64,000 nucleotides of DNA from a bacterium (GCA_963674595.2 CAXXFV010000008.1:288001-352000); one strand, 5' to 3'; shown: positions 44,602 through 55,125, counted from the stretch's first letter. Notes: generated from the sequence alone by a model not told the origin. Made by a program: numbers and translations.

Positions 44602-45084
44602 CTAATTTGGTTTGGTTAATCGATGTTTTTTATTCATTGGTTTTAAAATTTGTCTTTTTGTTTCAAGACTGTCTTTATAACCAAAGGGTATGGATTCTGT
44701 CCCGTCAATGGTTATGTTTGGGTCCTTTGAATTATCTGCTTTAAGGATTGTTATGTCCGGATCCATAAAATTTACCGCATCACCAACGCTAATATCAGGG
44801 TCAACGTTTTTCGGAAAATCCTTGCTGGTATTTTTGTTGTGAATGGAAATTGTGCTGTCCTGAATATTTTCCCCTGGCCTTAACGTCAGCATTTTATTGT
44901 TTTTTGTGCTGTCTTTAGAAACTAATGATTTTTCGCCGGCAGTGCAGATTTGTTCTTGTTTTAAATTTTCTTTTGTTTTTCCATTATTAATGGTACCTGA
45001 TATTTTTTCGGATTCTATGGCTGATACACTTGCAAAATATGCCAAGGTTAAAATTACTGTTTTTTGAAAATCAATTCTATTCAT
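44602..45084 (-). CDS. Hypothetical exported protein with three short DP(D/N)I repeats
   Basis: Signal peptide; RBS GGGAG; DPDIS, DPDIT, DPNIT. Confidence 0.6.
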   Translation of the reverse strand: MNRIDFQKTVILTLAYFASVSAIESEKISGTINNGKTKENLKQEQICTAGEKSLVSKDSTKNNKMLTLRPGENIQDSTISIHNKNTSKDFPKNVDPDISVGDAVNFMDPDITILKADNSKDPNITIDGTESIPFGYKDSLETKRQILKPMNKKHRLTKPN

Positions 45085-45300
45085 CGTAATTCTCCCAAAT
45101 TACTTTATAAAACAGATAGTTTTTTTATAAAAGAATGAGAATTTTTTTGAAAATCATTTTAGCCGAGGGATTCCTTTAATATGTCAGGTATACTATTTTT
45201 ACTTTTGATAATTATTTATGTTCCTTAAATAATAACATTTTCCCCTTGTTGTCATCAAGGCTTGATTTTTTATAAAATAAAATATTAAGAGCATCAACCT

Positions 45301-45828
45301 TTATTTTGACTGTTTTTTCCTTATCACTGCTATTTCTTCGTCTTCCAATCCCAAAGAGACCAAAAAGTCATGATGAGATTGGGGCGACTGTTTTTCAAAT
45401 TCTTCGTGCCATTTATCCATGTCTTTTTCATCCATTCCGGAAGCTTTTAAAATTGAAATCCAGGTTTGTTTGTCCATAACACCCGAATGTTCTGTCAGTC
45501 TTTTTTCCTTTAACAGGTTTACAATCGTATGCTGCTGTTTTCGTATCGTGTGAATTCTGTCGGACAATACGGATAAATGGTTTTCAAGGATTCTGATAAA
45601 TGATTTTTCAGAAACCGATAGCAGCATTTGGATCTCTTTTAACGGCAGGCCCATGTCCCGATAAATACAAATATGTTGTAATCGTTCCCGGTCGGATTCC
45701 GTGTAGATACGATAATTTTTTTCCGAACGGATCGACGGTGAAAGCAAGCCGATAGAATCATAATACAGCAATGTACTGCGTGACAGCCCAAACTGCCGGC
45801 CCAGTTTGTTTATGGAATATGTTTTCAT
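45301..45828 (-). CDS. MerR-family transcriptional regulator
   Basis: SRSTLLYYDSIGLL.P..R..NYRIY; GLPLKEI. Confidence 0.92.
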   Translation of the reverse strand: MKTYSINKLGRQFGLSRSTLLYYDSIGLLSPSIRSEKNYRIYTESDRERLQHICIYRDMGLPLKEIQMLLSVSEKSFIRILENHLSVLSDRIHTIRKQQHTIVNLLKEKRLTEHSGVMDKQTWISILKASGMDEKDMDKWHEEFEKQSPQSHHDFLVSLGLEDEEIAVIRKKQSK

Positions 45829-46123
45829 ACTATTCTTTTCGTTTGGTTGTAAATATCCTTTTTAAATCAAAATTTATAATTATTATCGACATGATTAGTA
45901 ATACAAAAATACCATTGAAAATAAAGATGACACTGGTAGAACAGAGTTATAATAGTCATTCGATTCTCCACCTGCATTATACTTTTTATAGCAATGGCTT
46001 AGTTGACTTTTCCGAATTTTGCGAAGTAAATAATGTTCGGATTTTAAAACGATCGATATAGTACCAAATAACTCATTAAAATTTAGCCGCTCAGATCAAA
46101 TTAAGTCAAATTCATTTTTAAAA

Positions 46124-47401
46124 TTATTTAAAACAGATTGATAGATTTTTAAATATCTCTTCTATGTTAAAATTAATGACAATTTCCTTTTTTAATTTGT
46201 TAATAATATCATAATCTTCCTTTTTTAAATTAGTTAATTCAAAGTCACCAACCTTATTATCTTTATAGCTTAGTCCTTTTAATCTATCAACAAAAAGGTA
46301 ATAATCACCATTTGTTAAAATGATATACCTTGTCCCTGTTTCTAAAGCATAGTTGTATGCTTGTTGAAGTTCTTTTGTTTGATTCTTTGTTCTTAAATTC
46401 CAATCTCTTTTAACTTCAATTACAATCATTGATTTATCATTACTCACAATACTAATATCAATTCTTCCCTTTCGATATTGAATTTCTTTATGTTTTAAAT
46501 AGCCTAAATTAATAAAAAAAGTCTCAACAAGCGATTCATGTGCTCTTTCTTTATGCTCACGATCAGATTTTAGGGCAAGTATATCCTGAATTAAATTTTT
46601 ATAATTTGGAAATGGTTCAATTAATTTTTTTTCTTCTATAATGTTATCAATTGTATCTATTTTTTTATCAGCAGTTTCATCATTTGTTTTAATATCTTTT
46701 AAATAATGATCCCATTTAGGATTGTTATAGGATGATAAAATTAAATCAATTTCTTGAGGGTGAAGGTTGAGAGTATTTTTAAAAGTATTTATGAATGTGT
46801 TATATTTAATGTAAAAATTATATTCATTAGAAAAATTGTGTTCATTTTTTAATACTTTCTTTGCAAATCTTTCTGTCATAATATTATAGTTGTTACCATC
46901 TTTCAAATATAAAATTAATGTAGGCATGAATGCTTTAATACCTTTTATAGTTAATAGATCTGAATAATATTTTTCAATATAATTGACATTTTGTGAATTC
47001 ATAATTCCATCAAAACTGTTTTTAAATTTTTGAAAATTAGCAATATGAAATTGAAGTTTTGTATCTTTTCTATTAAATAGATATTTTGTATTACTTGGAA
47101 TTAATTGACAGAACCTTGCTTTTATTATTTTTCCATTATTCAGGATTGCATCTATATCTAGTAAGTTAAAAGCACCAATTTTATCAATATCATTTTCATT
47201 GTTAACAAAAAAATCGTAAGGTCTAAGCATTTCCGATGGTTTAGATAGAATTTCGATTGCTATTTTTTCATATTTTTTTCGGATTTGCATCCTTTTTTCC
47301 CAGTCTCCCCTGGATTTAACTTGATTTTCCTTTATTGAATTTAACCTATCGATGCTCAAGTCGATTTTAAAAATGTCATTTTCAAGCATAATTATATTCA
47401 C
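46124..47401 (-). CDS. Putative nuclease with C-terminal HsdR-N-like PD-(D/E)xK domain
   Basis: RIDI...IEVKR...QAYNYA...ILTNG; very AT-rich gene. Confidence 0.75.
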   Translation of the reverse strand: MNIIMLENDIFKIDLSIDRLNSIKENQVKSRGDWEKRMQIRKKYEKIAIEILSKPSEMLRPYDFFVNNENDIDKIGAFNLLDIDAILNNGKIIKARFCQLIPSNTKYLFNRKDTKLQFHIANFQKFKNSFDGIMNSQNVNYIEKYYSDLLTIKGIKAFMPTLILYLKDGNNYNIMTERFAKKVLKNEHNFSNEYNFYIKYNTFINTFKNTLNLHPQEIDLILSSYNNPKWDHYLKDIKTNDETADKKIDTIDNIIEEKKLIEPFPNYKNLIQDILALKSDREHKERAHESLVETFFINLGYLKHKEIQYRKGRIDISIVSNDKSMIVIEVKRDWNLRTKNQTKELQQAYNYALETGTRYIILTNGDYYLFVDRLKGLSYKDNKVGDFELTNLKKEDYDIINKLKKEIVINFNIEEIFKNLSICFK

Positions 47402-48092
47402 ATTATTTTTTGAAATATTCTACTAATTTTTAGAATTTAACATTTGTTTAACTTTCACTACATTAAGTTGGTGTGAAGGCTGTGATACTTTGCTCGAAAG
47501 TAAGTTGGATGTCAATATCAATGCCAGGTTTAAATAGTTATTAGATTTTTTTTGTTTTATTTAAATATTGGTAAATGAGGCTTGAATTATATCCATTTTT
47601 TTTTACAAAATTTTTATATTTTTGTATAGATTTCTTCTTGTTTTTAACACTTTCATTATGAATTTTTTTTATTTTTTGCTTATTGCCTCCAATTGTTAAA
47701 TAATTACTACCATCAATTACTCTACAATGAGCAATATCATATATTTCTTTCATTTGTTTGTATGATGAAAACCACCTTTTATTATTATGATCAACAGCCA
47801 CAAAATATTTTATTTTCCACAATTCTCCTAAATTGTATTTCTCCGTTAGTATAACAGACTCTGCTTCATTAATTATTTTATTTACATCTTTATTTGTTGA
47901 AAATATGCAAGACCCCATTGTCCAATCATAGATTCCAAAACTTTTTATATAAATGGGCCTTCTTCCTGTATTAAAGATTGATACGTCAACCGATTCTCCC
48001 TTTATTGAGCTAGAAAACTGTAATTTGGGATTATCCTTTTTAAATTTAAAATAGTTTGAAATTGCAATAAAAAAATGGACACCTAGTTAAGT

Positions 48093-48914
48093 TTAAGCTG
48101 CTTTATTAAATTTTAAGAATTGTACTGGTGACATATTGCCCAAAAAGGAATGAATTCTTTTTCGGTTGTAAAATATTTCAATATATTCAAATATTGATTG
48201 CTTCGCAATTAATCGTGTTTCATAAGTATGATGATAAATCAGTTCTTTTTTCAAAGTACCAAAAAAGCTTTCAGCAACAGCGTTGTCGTAGCAGTTTGCT
48301 TTTCCGGACATACTTTGGATCATTTGAAAAAGAGCTAACATTTTTCTGAATTCTTTACACGCATATTGGACACCCCGGTCCGAATGAAAAATCAAATCTG
48401 TTGAAGGACAAAAACGATGATATGCATGTTTCAGGGCCGGAATTGTTGTTGAAGAAGCATGCAGGTTGTTACTCATAGCCCAGCCGACAACCTGGCGATT
48501 GTATAAATCAATGATCACTGTCAGATACAACCATCCTTTATGAGTCGGGATGTATGTAATATCAGAAACCCAGACTTTATTAGATTGATTGACTGTAAAA
48601 TTCTGTTGTAAAAGATTTGGTGATATTGGCAGTCTATGATCACTATTTGTGGTTACTTTGAATTTACGCTTTGTTTTTGCACAAATTCTGTTCTTTCTCA
48701 TTAAACGAGCAACACGCGGACGGCTGACAATCAAGTTTTCCTTATGTAACTCTTGTGTTATTCTGGGACTGCCATAGCTTCCTCTGGATTCCTTGTGGAT
48801 ATGTTTGATCCGTTCAAGTATCTTTTTGTTTTCCAGTTCTCGTTGACTCATTGGTCGCTTGCTCCAGGTATAAAACCCGCCCCGGCTGACATTGAGAACC
48901 TGGCACATTTTCAC
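48093..48914 (-). CDS. IS3 transposase OrfB (DDE), expressed via -1 frameshift
   Basis: YGSPRI, WVSDITY, HSDRGVQY, DNAVAESFFGTLKKE; -1 frame open from the A7G site at 48988-48995. Confidence 0.95.
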   Translation of the reverse strand: MKMCQVLNVSRGGFYTWSKRPMSQRELENKKILERIKHIHKESRGSYGSPRITQELHKENLIVSRPRVARLMRKNRICAKTKRKFKVTTNSDHRLPISPNLLQQNFTVNQSNKVWVSDITYIPTHKGWLYLTVIIDLYNRQVVGWAMSNNLHASSTTIPALKHAYHRFCPSTDLIFHSDRGVQYACKEFRKMLALFQMIQSMSGKANCYDNAVAESFFGTLKKELIYHHTYETRLIAKQSIFEYIEIFYNRKRIHSFLGNMSPVQFLKFNKAA

Positions 48915-48955
48915 TATTGGGAATTCCTGTTGATGCTTTTGGATAAACCCAAACT

Positions 48956-49252
48956 TTAATGGGACGGTTTTGAGAAAATGGCCACAGCTTTTTTTAATAT
49001 ATCCCGCTCCAGTTTTACGTCTGCAAGTTCTTTACGCAGTTTCTGTATTTCATCACTTTCTTTGCTGTTCCCTAGTCCTGGAAAGGAATGTTCTTTATCA
49101 ATTTTGTATTCTCGAACCCACTTGGAGAGAAGGTTAGGCTCAATACCAAGATTTCTGGCAACTTCTGAAGCATTACCATTGCTTTTAGAAAGTACAAGCT
49201 GAACAGCTTCTATTTTGAATTCTTTTGTGTAACGTCGTCTTCTGTTTGTCAT
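48956..49252 (-). CDS. IS3 transposase OrfA (HTH)
   Basis: YTKEFKIEAV...VARNLGI...W; ERDILKKA; RBS AGGAGG. Confidence 0.95.
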   Translation of the reverse strand: MTNRRRRYTKEFKIEAVQLVLSKSNGNASEVARNLGIEPNLLSKWVREYKIDKEHSFPGLGNSKESDEIQKLRKELADVKLERDILKKAVAIFSKPSH

Positions 49253-49636
49253 GTGGACACCTCCTTTGGTTTATAATATAAAAAGTGCTTAACTTTGTGT
49301 CCACTAAAATATAGCAAGTTTAGTTTATTACTAAAGCTATTATTGCTAATACTAGACTAATAATTGAAAGAATCATTTTATTAACCTGTAATTAATCAAA
49401 TCAATAGTACCGAAGGTGTCAGTCTAAATTATTTAATGAGTCTTATAATTAATGCAAATTCATTTTATCAACAATATGTATATAGTTTAACTTGGAAAAT
49501 TATGTTTATAAATTTGCTTTATAAAAGTTTCCAGATTGTATACATTATAATATACCCAATCCACCAACTCTGCCTGTGATTATTTATTAAATCCAATCTT
49601 TTTCTCGTGTATACTGCAAAAATCCGTATTCAAAGA

Positions 49637-49780
49637 TGGAAAACCAGCCAAATACCCATTCGAATTTTTTAAATGTCGAATTTCCTGTTGCACTGACAAA
49701 AGAATAATATACATTCTGAAAAATTATCGCAAGCGGTTTTTTAAAAACTGGGAAATATTGGGCCGGCAGATTTATCCGGG
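49637..49780. repeat. Direct repeat copy 1 (~145 bp) containing a minus-strand promoter-like element
   Basis: Near-identical to 55126-55270; TTGCGA-N17-TATTAT on - strand (49732-49704). Confidence 0.9.
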
Positions 49781-49970
49781 GGGCAAAATTTAAAATCCCG
49801 GCGTAATGGTCGTTTTGGTTTCTGTTTTTGTTTTAACAAAATACAAGTTTTTGTAATGTATAAATCCATTTAAATCGTGTAATAAACCGGCTCCGAGTAT
49901 TCCTTAATAAATACATCGGCAGGCAGATCAATTAGTCGAACGATTTCTATCATATCGTAATGACCTTTAC

Positions 49971-50840
49971 TTATTGTTTCATACCTGTCAAACTGATCCC
50001 TTGAATGAAAAAACGTTGTGCCAGAAAAAACAAAATAACAATCGGTGTAATGACTACAATACTGGCAGCCATCAAATAGTTCCACTGAATGCCAAATGCG
50101 CTACCCATAGAACCTTTTACAAATTGCTGCAAAGACAGAGCAAGGGTATATTTATTCACATCCTCAAGGTAGAGTAATGGTGTAAAAAAATCGTTCCATG
50201 TCCAGATAAAAGTAAACACACCCACAACCATAATTGCCGGTTTACTGAGAGGCATTACAATTTTAAAGAAAATACCGATTTCACTGCATCCATCGATCCG
50301 TGCCGCTTCTATTAAGCTTTTAGGTATTCCCTTAAAAAATTCATGCAGTAAAAAAATGAAAAATGAACAGAATCCAAAAAAACTGGGTACCCATAACGGA
50401 TACAGTGTATCGTACCAGCCCAGATATTTAACAAACAAAACAAACGTCGGGATGGAAAGTACTATTGGCGGCATCATCATAACGGATAGCATGAGAATAA
50501 ATAGTGGCCGGTTCCAGCGGCATTGAAAGTGCGCAAAGCCGTATGCAACAATAGAACAGGAAAGGATGTTGCCGATAATATTCAAAAGAGTGATAACGAT
50601 AGAATTTTTTAATGATGGAAGAAAGTTAAACGGTCGGAAGCTGACTGAATCATCGAATAGCGCTTTCCAAAAATTTTCAAAATGGTATTCCCGTGGAATA
50701 AGTGATGGATTTGACGTAAACACTTCAATAGTGCTTTTTAATGCTGTCGTAAACATGGTGACTATTGGTAAAAACATCAAAATACATCCAACTATTAATA
50801 AAAAGTAGGTGAATAATCGAATTGTTTGAATTCTATTCAT
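49971..50840 (-). CDS. Carbohydrate ABC transporter permease (MalG-like)
   Basis: EAARIDGC, WNDFF.PL, QRFFIQGI. Confidence 0.93.
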   Translation of the reverse strand: MNRIQTIRLFTYFLLIVGCILMFLPIVTMFTTALKSTIEVFTSNPSLIPREYHFENFWKALFDDSVSFRPFNFLPSLKNSIVITLLNIIGNILSCSIVAYGFAHFQCRWNRPLFILMLSVMMMPPIVLSIPTFVLFVKYLGWYDTLYPLWVPSFFGFCSFFIFLLHEFFKGIPKSLIEAARIDGCSEIGIFFKIVMPLSKPAIMVVGVFTFIWTWNDFFTPLLYLEDVNKYTLALSLQQFVKGSMGSAFGIQWNYLMAASIVVITPIVILFFLAQRFFIQGISLTGMKQ

Positions 50841-51738
50841 TGTAAAATACCCATTTTTTCTTCAAGTAGAATTGAATCAATGTCATAATGAGAATGACGA
50901 CTAAAAGAATCCATGCCAGCGCACATGCCAGTCCAAATCGGCCGTTTTCAAATGCCTGCTGATATATATTTAACACATAAAAAAGAACGGCCTTGTCGTT
51001 GACAGAGACAGTCGTGCCATTAAATTCCGTAAATATAAATGCTTGTGTGAACACCTGGAAGGCGCCGATAATGCCAATAATCACATTAAAAAATATAACT
51101 GGTGAGATATAAGGAACTGTGACATTGCGAAATCGTTGCCAACCGGAAGCGCCATCGATTGTGGCTGCATCCAGCAGTCCTTTTGGAACACCCTGTAGGC
51201 CTGCTAAAAAAATCATCATCGTATTGCCGAACGTCCAAATTGTGATGACAACGATACAGCCCAACACCAACTGTGGATTCTGCAACCAGTTCGGTCCCTG
51301 CACGCCAAACAGTTTCAAGTATAGCAGGTTGAGCACTCCGTATTTGGGATGAAATATCCACGCCCAGATAATCGTTGTTGCTACAACGGGTATCAGGGCC
51401 GGCAGAAAAAAGACCGTCCGGAAAATGGTGATCCCCCGGATGTTTTTTACGTTGAGCAACAATGCGGCAGCCAATGCAATGATAATATTGAGTGGTACAG
51501 CCAGTATAGTAAAGAGTGCTGTGACTTTTACAGAGTTTATAAAGTTGGGTTCAAATCCTTTTAAGATTGCCTTGTAATTCAGTAGGCCCACCCAACGCGG
51601 TGCTTCGATGATTGAATATTTTGTGAATGATAAATAGAGCGATGATAAAACAGGCCCCAGCGTAAACACTATGAAACCGATTAACCAGGGAGAGATGAAC
51701 AGGAAAAAATATTTTGTAGTAGCGTTTTTTTTTGTCAT
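50833..51738 (-). CDS. Carbohydrate ABC transporter permease (MalF-like)
   Basis: WVGLLNY, FLAGLQ, DAATIDGA.GWQRF. Confidence 0.93.
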   Translation of the reverse strand: MTKKNATTKYFFLFISPWLIGFIVFTLGPVLSSLYLSFTKYSIIEAPRWVGLLNYKAILKGFEPNFINSVKVTALFTILAVPLNIIIALAAALLLNVKNIRGITIFRTVFFLPALIPVVATTIIWAWIFHPKYGVLNLLYLKLFGVQGPNWLQNPQLVLGCIVVITIWTFGNTMMIFLAGLQGVPKGLLDAATIDGASGWQRFRNVTVPYISPVIFFNVIIGIIGAFQVFTQAFIFTEFNGTTVSVNDKAVLFYVLNIYQQAFENGRFGLACALAWILLVVILIMTLIQFYLKKKWVFYNE

Positions 51739-53105
51739 TCGTCAGATACTTTCAGGCAATTTTTTTCATAATCATATAATGGGTTTTTACGGTCGATCAT
51801 TTGCAAAAAGTTAGTGACAGTTTTGCTGATAATTTTTCCACATTGCTCAGGAGTGATTTCCTGGCGCAGCATACTGCGAATATAGGGTAAAGCTTGTGCC
51901 TGGGCCATTTGTTGAAATTCAGGAATTTGACATTGTTCGCGGCATTGTTCGAGTGCTTCATAAATAATATGCTTGTTTTGGGGATCTAGGATATAGCGTC
52001 CATCAGGGCCGCGTTTGTAAAAAACATCACGTGCAACAGATTGCCGAACCGGGGGCATTCCGGCATTGACGAATTTTACACGGTTTTCATAGTTGGTTAA
52101 ATATTTTATAAACTCCCAGGCTAATTCTTTATGTTTGCTTTTTTTATTGATTCCCAAACCAACTGATACTCGTTCACCACCTGGTTTATTGGCCGGACTT
52201 TTAGGTAACAGCGTCACATCCCAGTTAAATGTTGCTGAAGAACGCAACCCGATCCAGTTATCAATATGGCCGGTGAATTCCATTGCGGTTTGTTCGTTCA
52301 GGAATGGGTAATTATCCAAATCACGAGGTTGTGGGGATACCTTGTATTTGTTCACAATATCATTGAAAAATGTAAGGCCATTGATTGCTTCCTGGCTGTC
52401 CATTGGAGAATGTCGCCAATCGTCCGAGATAAAACGGCCCCCGGCTTTATGCACATGACTTAACCATTCAATCCACCATTGCGAAACAATGGATGTACCC
52501 CATTGAATTTGCTGACCCTGGTCATTATATCGGGCAAGTTTTTGGGCTGCCGTGATATAATCATCATATGTCCAGTTTTTTGTAGGAAGCGGCACACCCG
52601 CTCTGTTGAACATATCAATATTATAGTAAAGAAGGGATGTATTGAACCGATAAGGAATTGTCATCTGCCTGTTATCGTACCTGCCTGTTTTTAATAGTCG
52701 TTCAATAAAATCGTCCGGCTGAATTTCATTGCGATCCCGTTCTATTAAAGAGTCTAGTGGCATAAGGCAGTTACGATAACGATAGAGAAAAAACGTATTG
52801 GGAGACATAATGTCCGGCAACATATTCGCGGCTTCAAGAATGGAAAGTTTTTTTCTAATATCATCCACCCAGATAATGAGAACATCGGGGTGTTCTTTTT
52901 CAAAATTTGCCTTTACTTCGTCCCAGGCTTGTCCCACTTCGGGCAAGCGCATTTCAAATGCAACTCGAATAATTTTTTTTTCGGGGTATTTTTTTTCGAG
53001 TGATTTGGAATGCGTCAATGAAATGAGAATTATGGTTGAAATTGTGAGTCCCAGCCATGCTAATGTATAACGATCGAAACAGATTTTATTAAAAAATGTT
53101 CTCAT
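51735..53105 (-). CDS. Sugar ABC substrate-binding protein
   Basis: FEKEHPDV, LYYNIDMF, WTYDD, AWEFIKYL; N-terminal TM anchor without lipobox Cys. Confidence 0.9.
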   Translation of the reverse strand: MRTFFNKICFDRYTLAWLGLTISTIILISLTHSKSLEKKYPEKKIIRVAFEMRLPEVGQAWDEVKANFEKEHPDVLIIWVDDIRKKLSILEAANMLPDIMSPNTFFLYRYRNCLMPLDSLIERDRNEIQPDDFIERLLKTGRYDNRQMTIPYRFNTSLLYYNIDMFNRAGVPLPTKNWTYDDYITAAQKLARYNDQGQQIQWGTSIVSQWWIEWLSHVHKAGGRFISDDWRHSPMDSQEAINGLTFFNDIVNKYKVSPQPRDLDNYPFLNEQTAMEFTGHIDNWIGLRSSATFNWDVTLLPKSPANKPGGERVSVGLGINKKSKHKELAWEFIKYLTNYENRVKFVNAGMPPVRQSVARDVFYKRGPDGRYILDPQNKHIIYEALEQCREQCQIPEFQQMAQAQALPYIRSMLRQEITPEQCGKIISKTVTNFLQMIDRKNPLYDYEKNCLKVSDE

Positions 53106-54736
53106 ACCCGGGCTCCAGTCGCCTCAAATACCAATACCCAATCGTTAAATGTTGGCTGAAGCGGGACCTGCCAACAGTAATTGGTGTCTGGTTCAATTTT
53201 ACCAATAGGGTGTTCATCACCGGTTCGTGGATCCCAGAAAAAAGCTGAATAGATAACATCAGGTTCTATTGCCAGAATTGATATCCGCTTATCAAGCCAG
53301 GGAAAAGTTGGTTCGTAGAAATAAATAATCCGTACCTGTCCCGGAATTCCTGCTGCGAACAGAGCCCTGACATTTTTCGGGTTTCCAGCGGGATCGACCC
53401 ATTCCTGATGCGGTTCAAATTCCCACCAACGATATCGTTCCAAAAATTGTCGCGCAAGACCGAGTTGCTGTGAACCGGCAAGTTGGCAGGCGTCCTGCCA
53501 GGGAGTGTTTCCCCAATTCCCGCCGTGAGGTGAAGGCCCATATGGCTTTTCTTTTGTATTGAGCTGCCAAATCCCGTTTGCACCATATGTGTGTCCGGCT
53601 GTACCTGAAAGAATAGATGACCAAAAGGTAAGCCGCTGTACTTCATCCTGTGTACCGTGGATAATGCCTTCATAATTCACTTCCCCAACCAACACTGGCA
53701 TGGTTGGTATACGTTGGTACTCACGACAAATACAATCAACTGTATTTTGCACAGATTCGTAGCCGCCGTGACCGGTTTGCAGCATATCAAAATCAATAAC
53801 AGAATCATCTTTTACCTGGTCACGCCCAATCTGATTTGGGTGGATTGTGATGAGGCGGGAATAGGGATCAATTTCCCGTACAAACCTGCCGATTTCTGTC
53901 CAGCCGGTTAGCTGTATTTTTTTATCAGCTTCTTTATCATTACTTAAATAGTAAGGCATTGAAGCTTCACCCGCAAGGCACCAGACAATCGGATAGGCCC
54001 CCCAACGGGCAATTAGATTTCGCCAATGCTGTTTCATTTTGTTTATGCCAAGAAGCGGTAGATAATAACCCCAGGAACCAATAATACACGGCACCAGACC
54101 GTTTTGCACGAGCCAACAAATACGCAAGTCTGCTGCGTCGAAATAGGCCGGATTGATTCGTGAATAATCACGTTCCCATGGGAAGCCGGCTTCATTAGCG
54201 CCACGTTCGTCAAATCCCGGCATGTCAGGATAGAGCCCGGCGATAATCTGGATAACGGTGAAGCCTTTAGCTGCCCGATCAGCAATAAGCAGTTGGTAAT
54301 CATCGGGCCAGGACATCCGTTTACACAGCCCCATCCACAACGTGTCACCAAGCCAAAAGAAGGGTGTTCCATCGGCATGTTCGAATGTGCGTTTTGAACC
54401 AGCAATGCGCAATGGACCATGAATAAATAGTGGATTATTGCCTTGATACGGTGTGGCTTCCAGGGAGTGTTTAACACCATGCAATTTGAAATCAGATGTA
54501 TCAGTACAAATTGTTGTAATGTGATATTTCCCGGAGTGGGGAGGAGAAAACCGCACCCGCCATTCCTGATCGCCTGCCCAAAATGCAGGTATACGCCAGG
54601 AGCTACCACCACCATGTGTGATAATAACATCAAGTTCTATTGTATTGAACGGGTCATCATGTTGTTGTGTCGAAAGATAGCTCCACTCGGTTACTTGTTT
54701 TTCAATAGCAAAATGGCATTTCATATCAACTCTCAA
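53102..54736 (-). CDS. DUF5060/DUF4038 (GH140 apiosidase-like) putative glycoside hydrolase, no signal peptide
   Basis: WRVRFSP, ADGTPFFWLGDT.W, WCLAGE, QTGHG, GEVNYE, GHTYGANGIW, DWVL. Confidence 0.85.
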   Translation of the reverse strand: MRVDMKCHFAIEKQVTEWSYLSTQQHDDPFNTIELDVIITHGGGSSWRIPAFWAGDQEWRVRFSPPHSGKYHITTICTDTSDFKLHGVKHSLEATPYQGNNPLFIHGPLRIAGSKRTFEHADGTPFFWLGDTLWMGLCKRMSWPDDYQLLIADRAAKGFTVIQIIAGLYPDMPGFDERGANEAGFPWERDYSRINPAYFDAADLRICWLVQNGLVPCIIGSWGYYLPLLGINKMKQHWRNLIARWGAYPIVWCLAGEASMPYYLSNDKEADKKIQLTGWTEIGRFVREIDPYSRLITIHPNQIGRDQVKDDSVIDFDMLQTGHGGYESVQNTVDCICREYQRIPTMPVLVGEVNYEGIIHGTQDEVQRLTFWSSILSGTAGHTYGANGIWQLNTKEKPYGPSPHGGNWGNTPWQDACQLAGSQQLGLARQFLERYRWWEFEPHQEWVDPAGNPKNVRALFAAGIPGQVRIIYFYEPTFPWLDKRISILAIEPDVIYSAFFWDPRTGDEHPIGKIEPDTNYCWQVPLQPTFNDWVLVFEATGARV

Positions 54737-55125
54737 ATTTCGAATATTTATGAACGTTTAATAAATATTTTGCTTATAAATCTATGTCGTATATGCTTGT
54801 AGGTACCTGTTATACAACAAAAGATTTGTTTTGAACATAAATTACTAGTTTACTTTTTCAACCATTTCCCTTCTTGTGGGTTTTACCGGCATTTTGTTAT
54901 GATGGTGTAAGTCGTTGAAATAAAATGCTTTGAATGTTTTTACAAGCTTTGAAGTACATTTTTAGAAAATTGAGTATAGTTATTTTCGGCTTTTAGAGTA
55001 ATTCTTATTATGCTTAATGTTTCTACCCCACTTAATTCCATAAATCTGATTTGGACAATAGAATGAAATTTTCAATCAAATTCAATCTTTTCTTTATATA
55101 TGCTTAAAAAATATGTGGTTAAAAT

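Larger units (their letters stand above)
48057..49322 (-). mobile_element. IS3-family insertion sequence, 1266 bp, apparently intact
   Basis: Imperfect 26-bp IRs (TAAACTTGCTATATTTTAGTGGACAC / TGAAATTGCAATAAAAAAATGGACAC); GTT target duplication at 48054-48056 and 49323-49325. Confidence 0.95.
47541..49376 (-). pseudogene. 188-aa N-terminally membrane-anchored protein interrupted by IS3
   Basis: Removing 48057-49322 and one GTT copy joins MILSIISLVLAIIALVIN to YFKFKKDNPKL...FNTGRRPIYI...MGSC... in frame. Confidence 0.85.

Noticed and set aside
47402-47540. Possible integron attC site (ATCCAAC...GTTAAAC on the - strand)
   Set aside because: Core boxes are not well complementary, there is no convincing long hairpin, and no integrase or second site is present
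49870-49960. Short minus-strand peptide MIEIVRLIDLPADVFIKEY resembling a HigA-like C-terminus
   Set aside because: Too short to support; the rest of the ORF overlaps the permease in another frame
54906-54927. GTAAGTCGTTGAAATAAAA, reminiscent of motifs near integrative-element ends
   Set aside because: Single short AT-rich match with no tRNA, integrase or partner site
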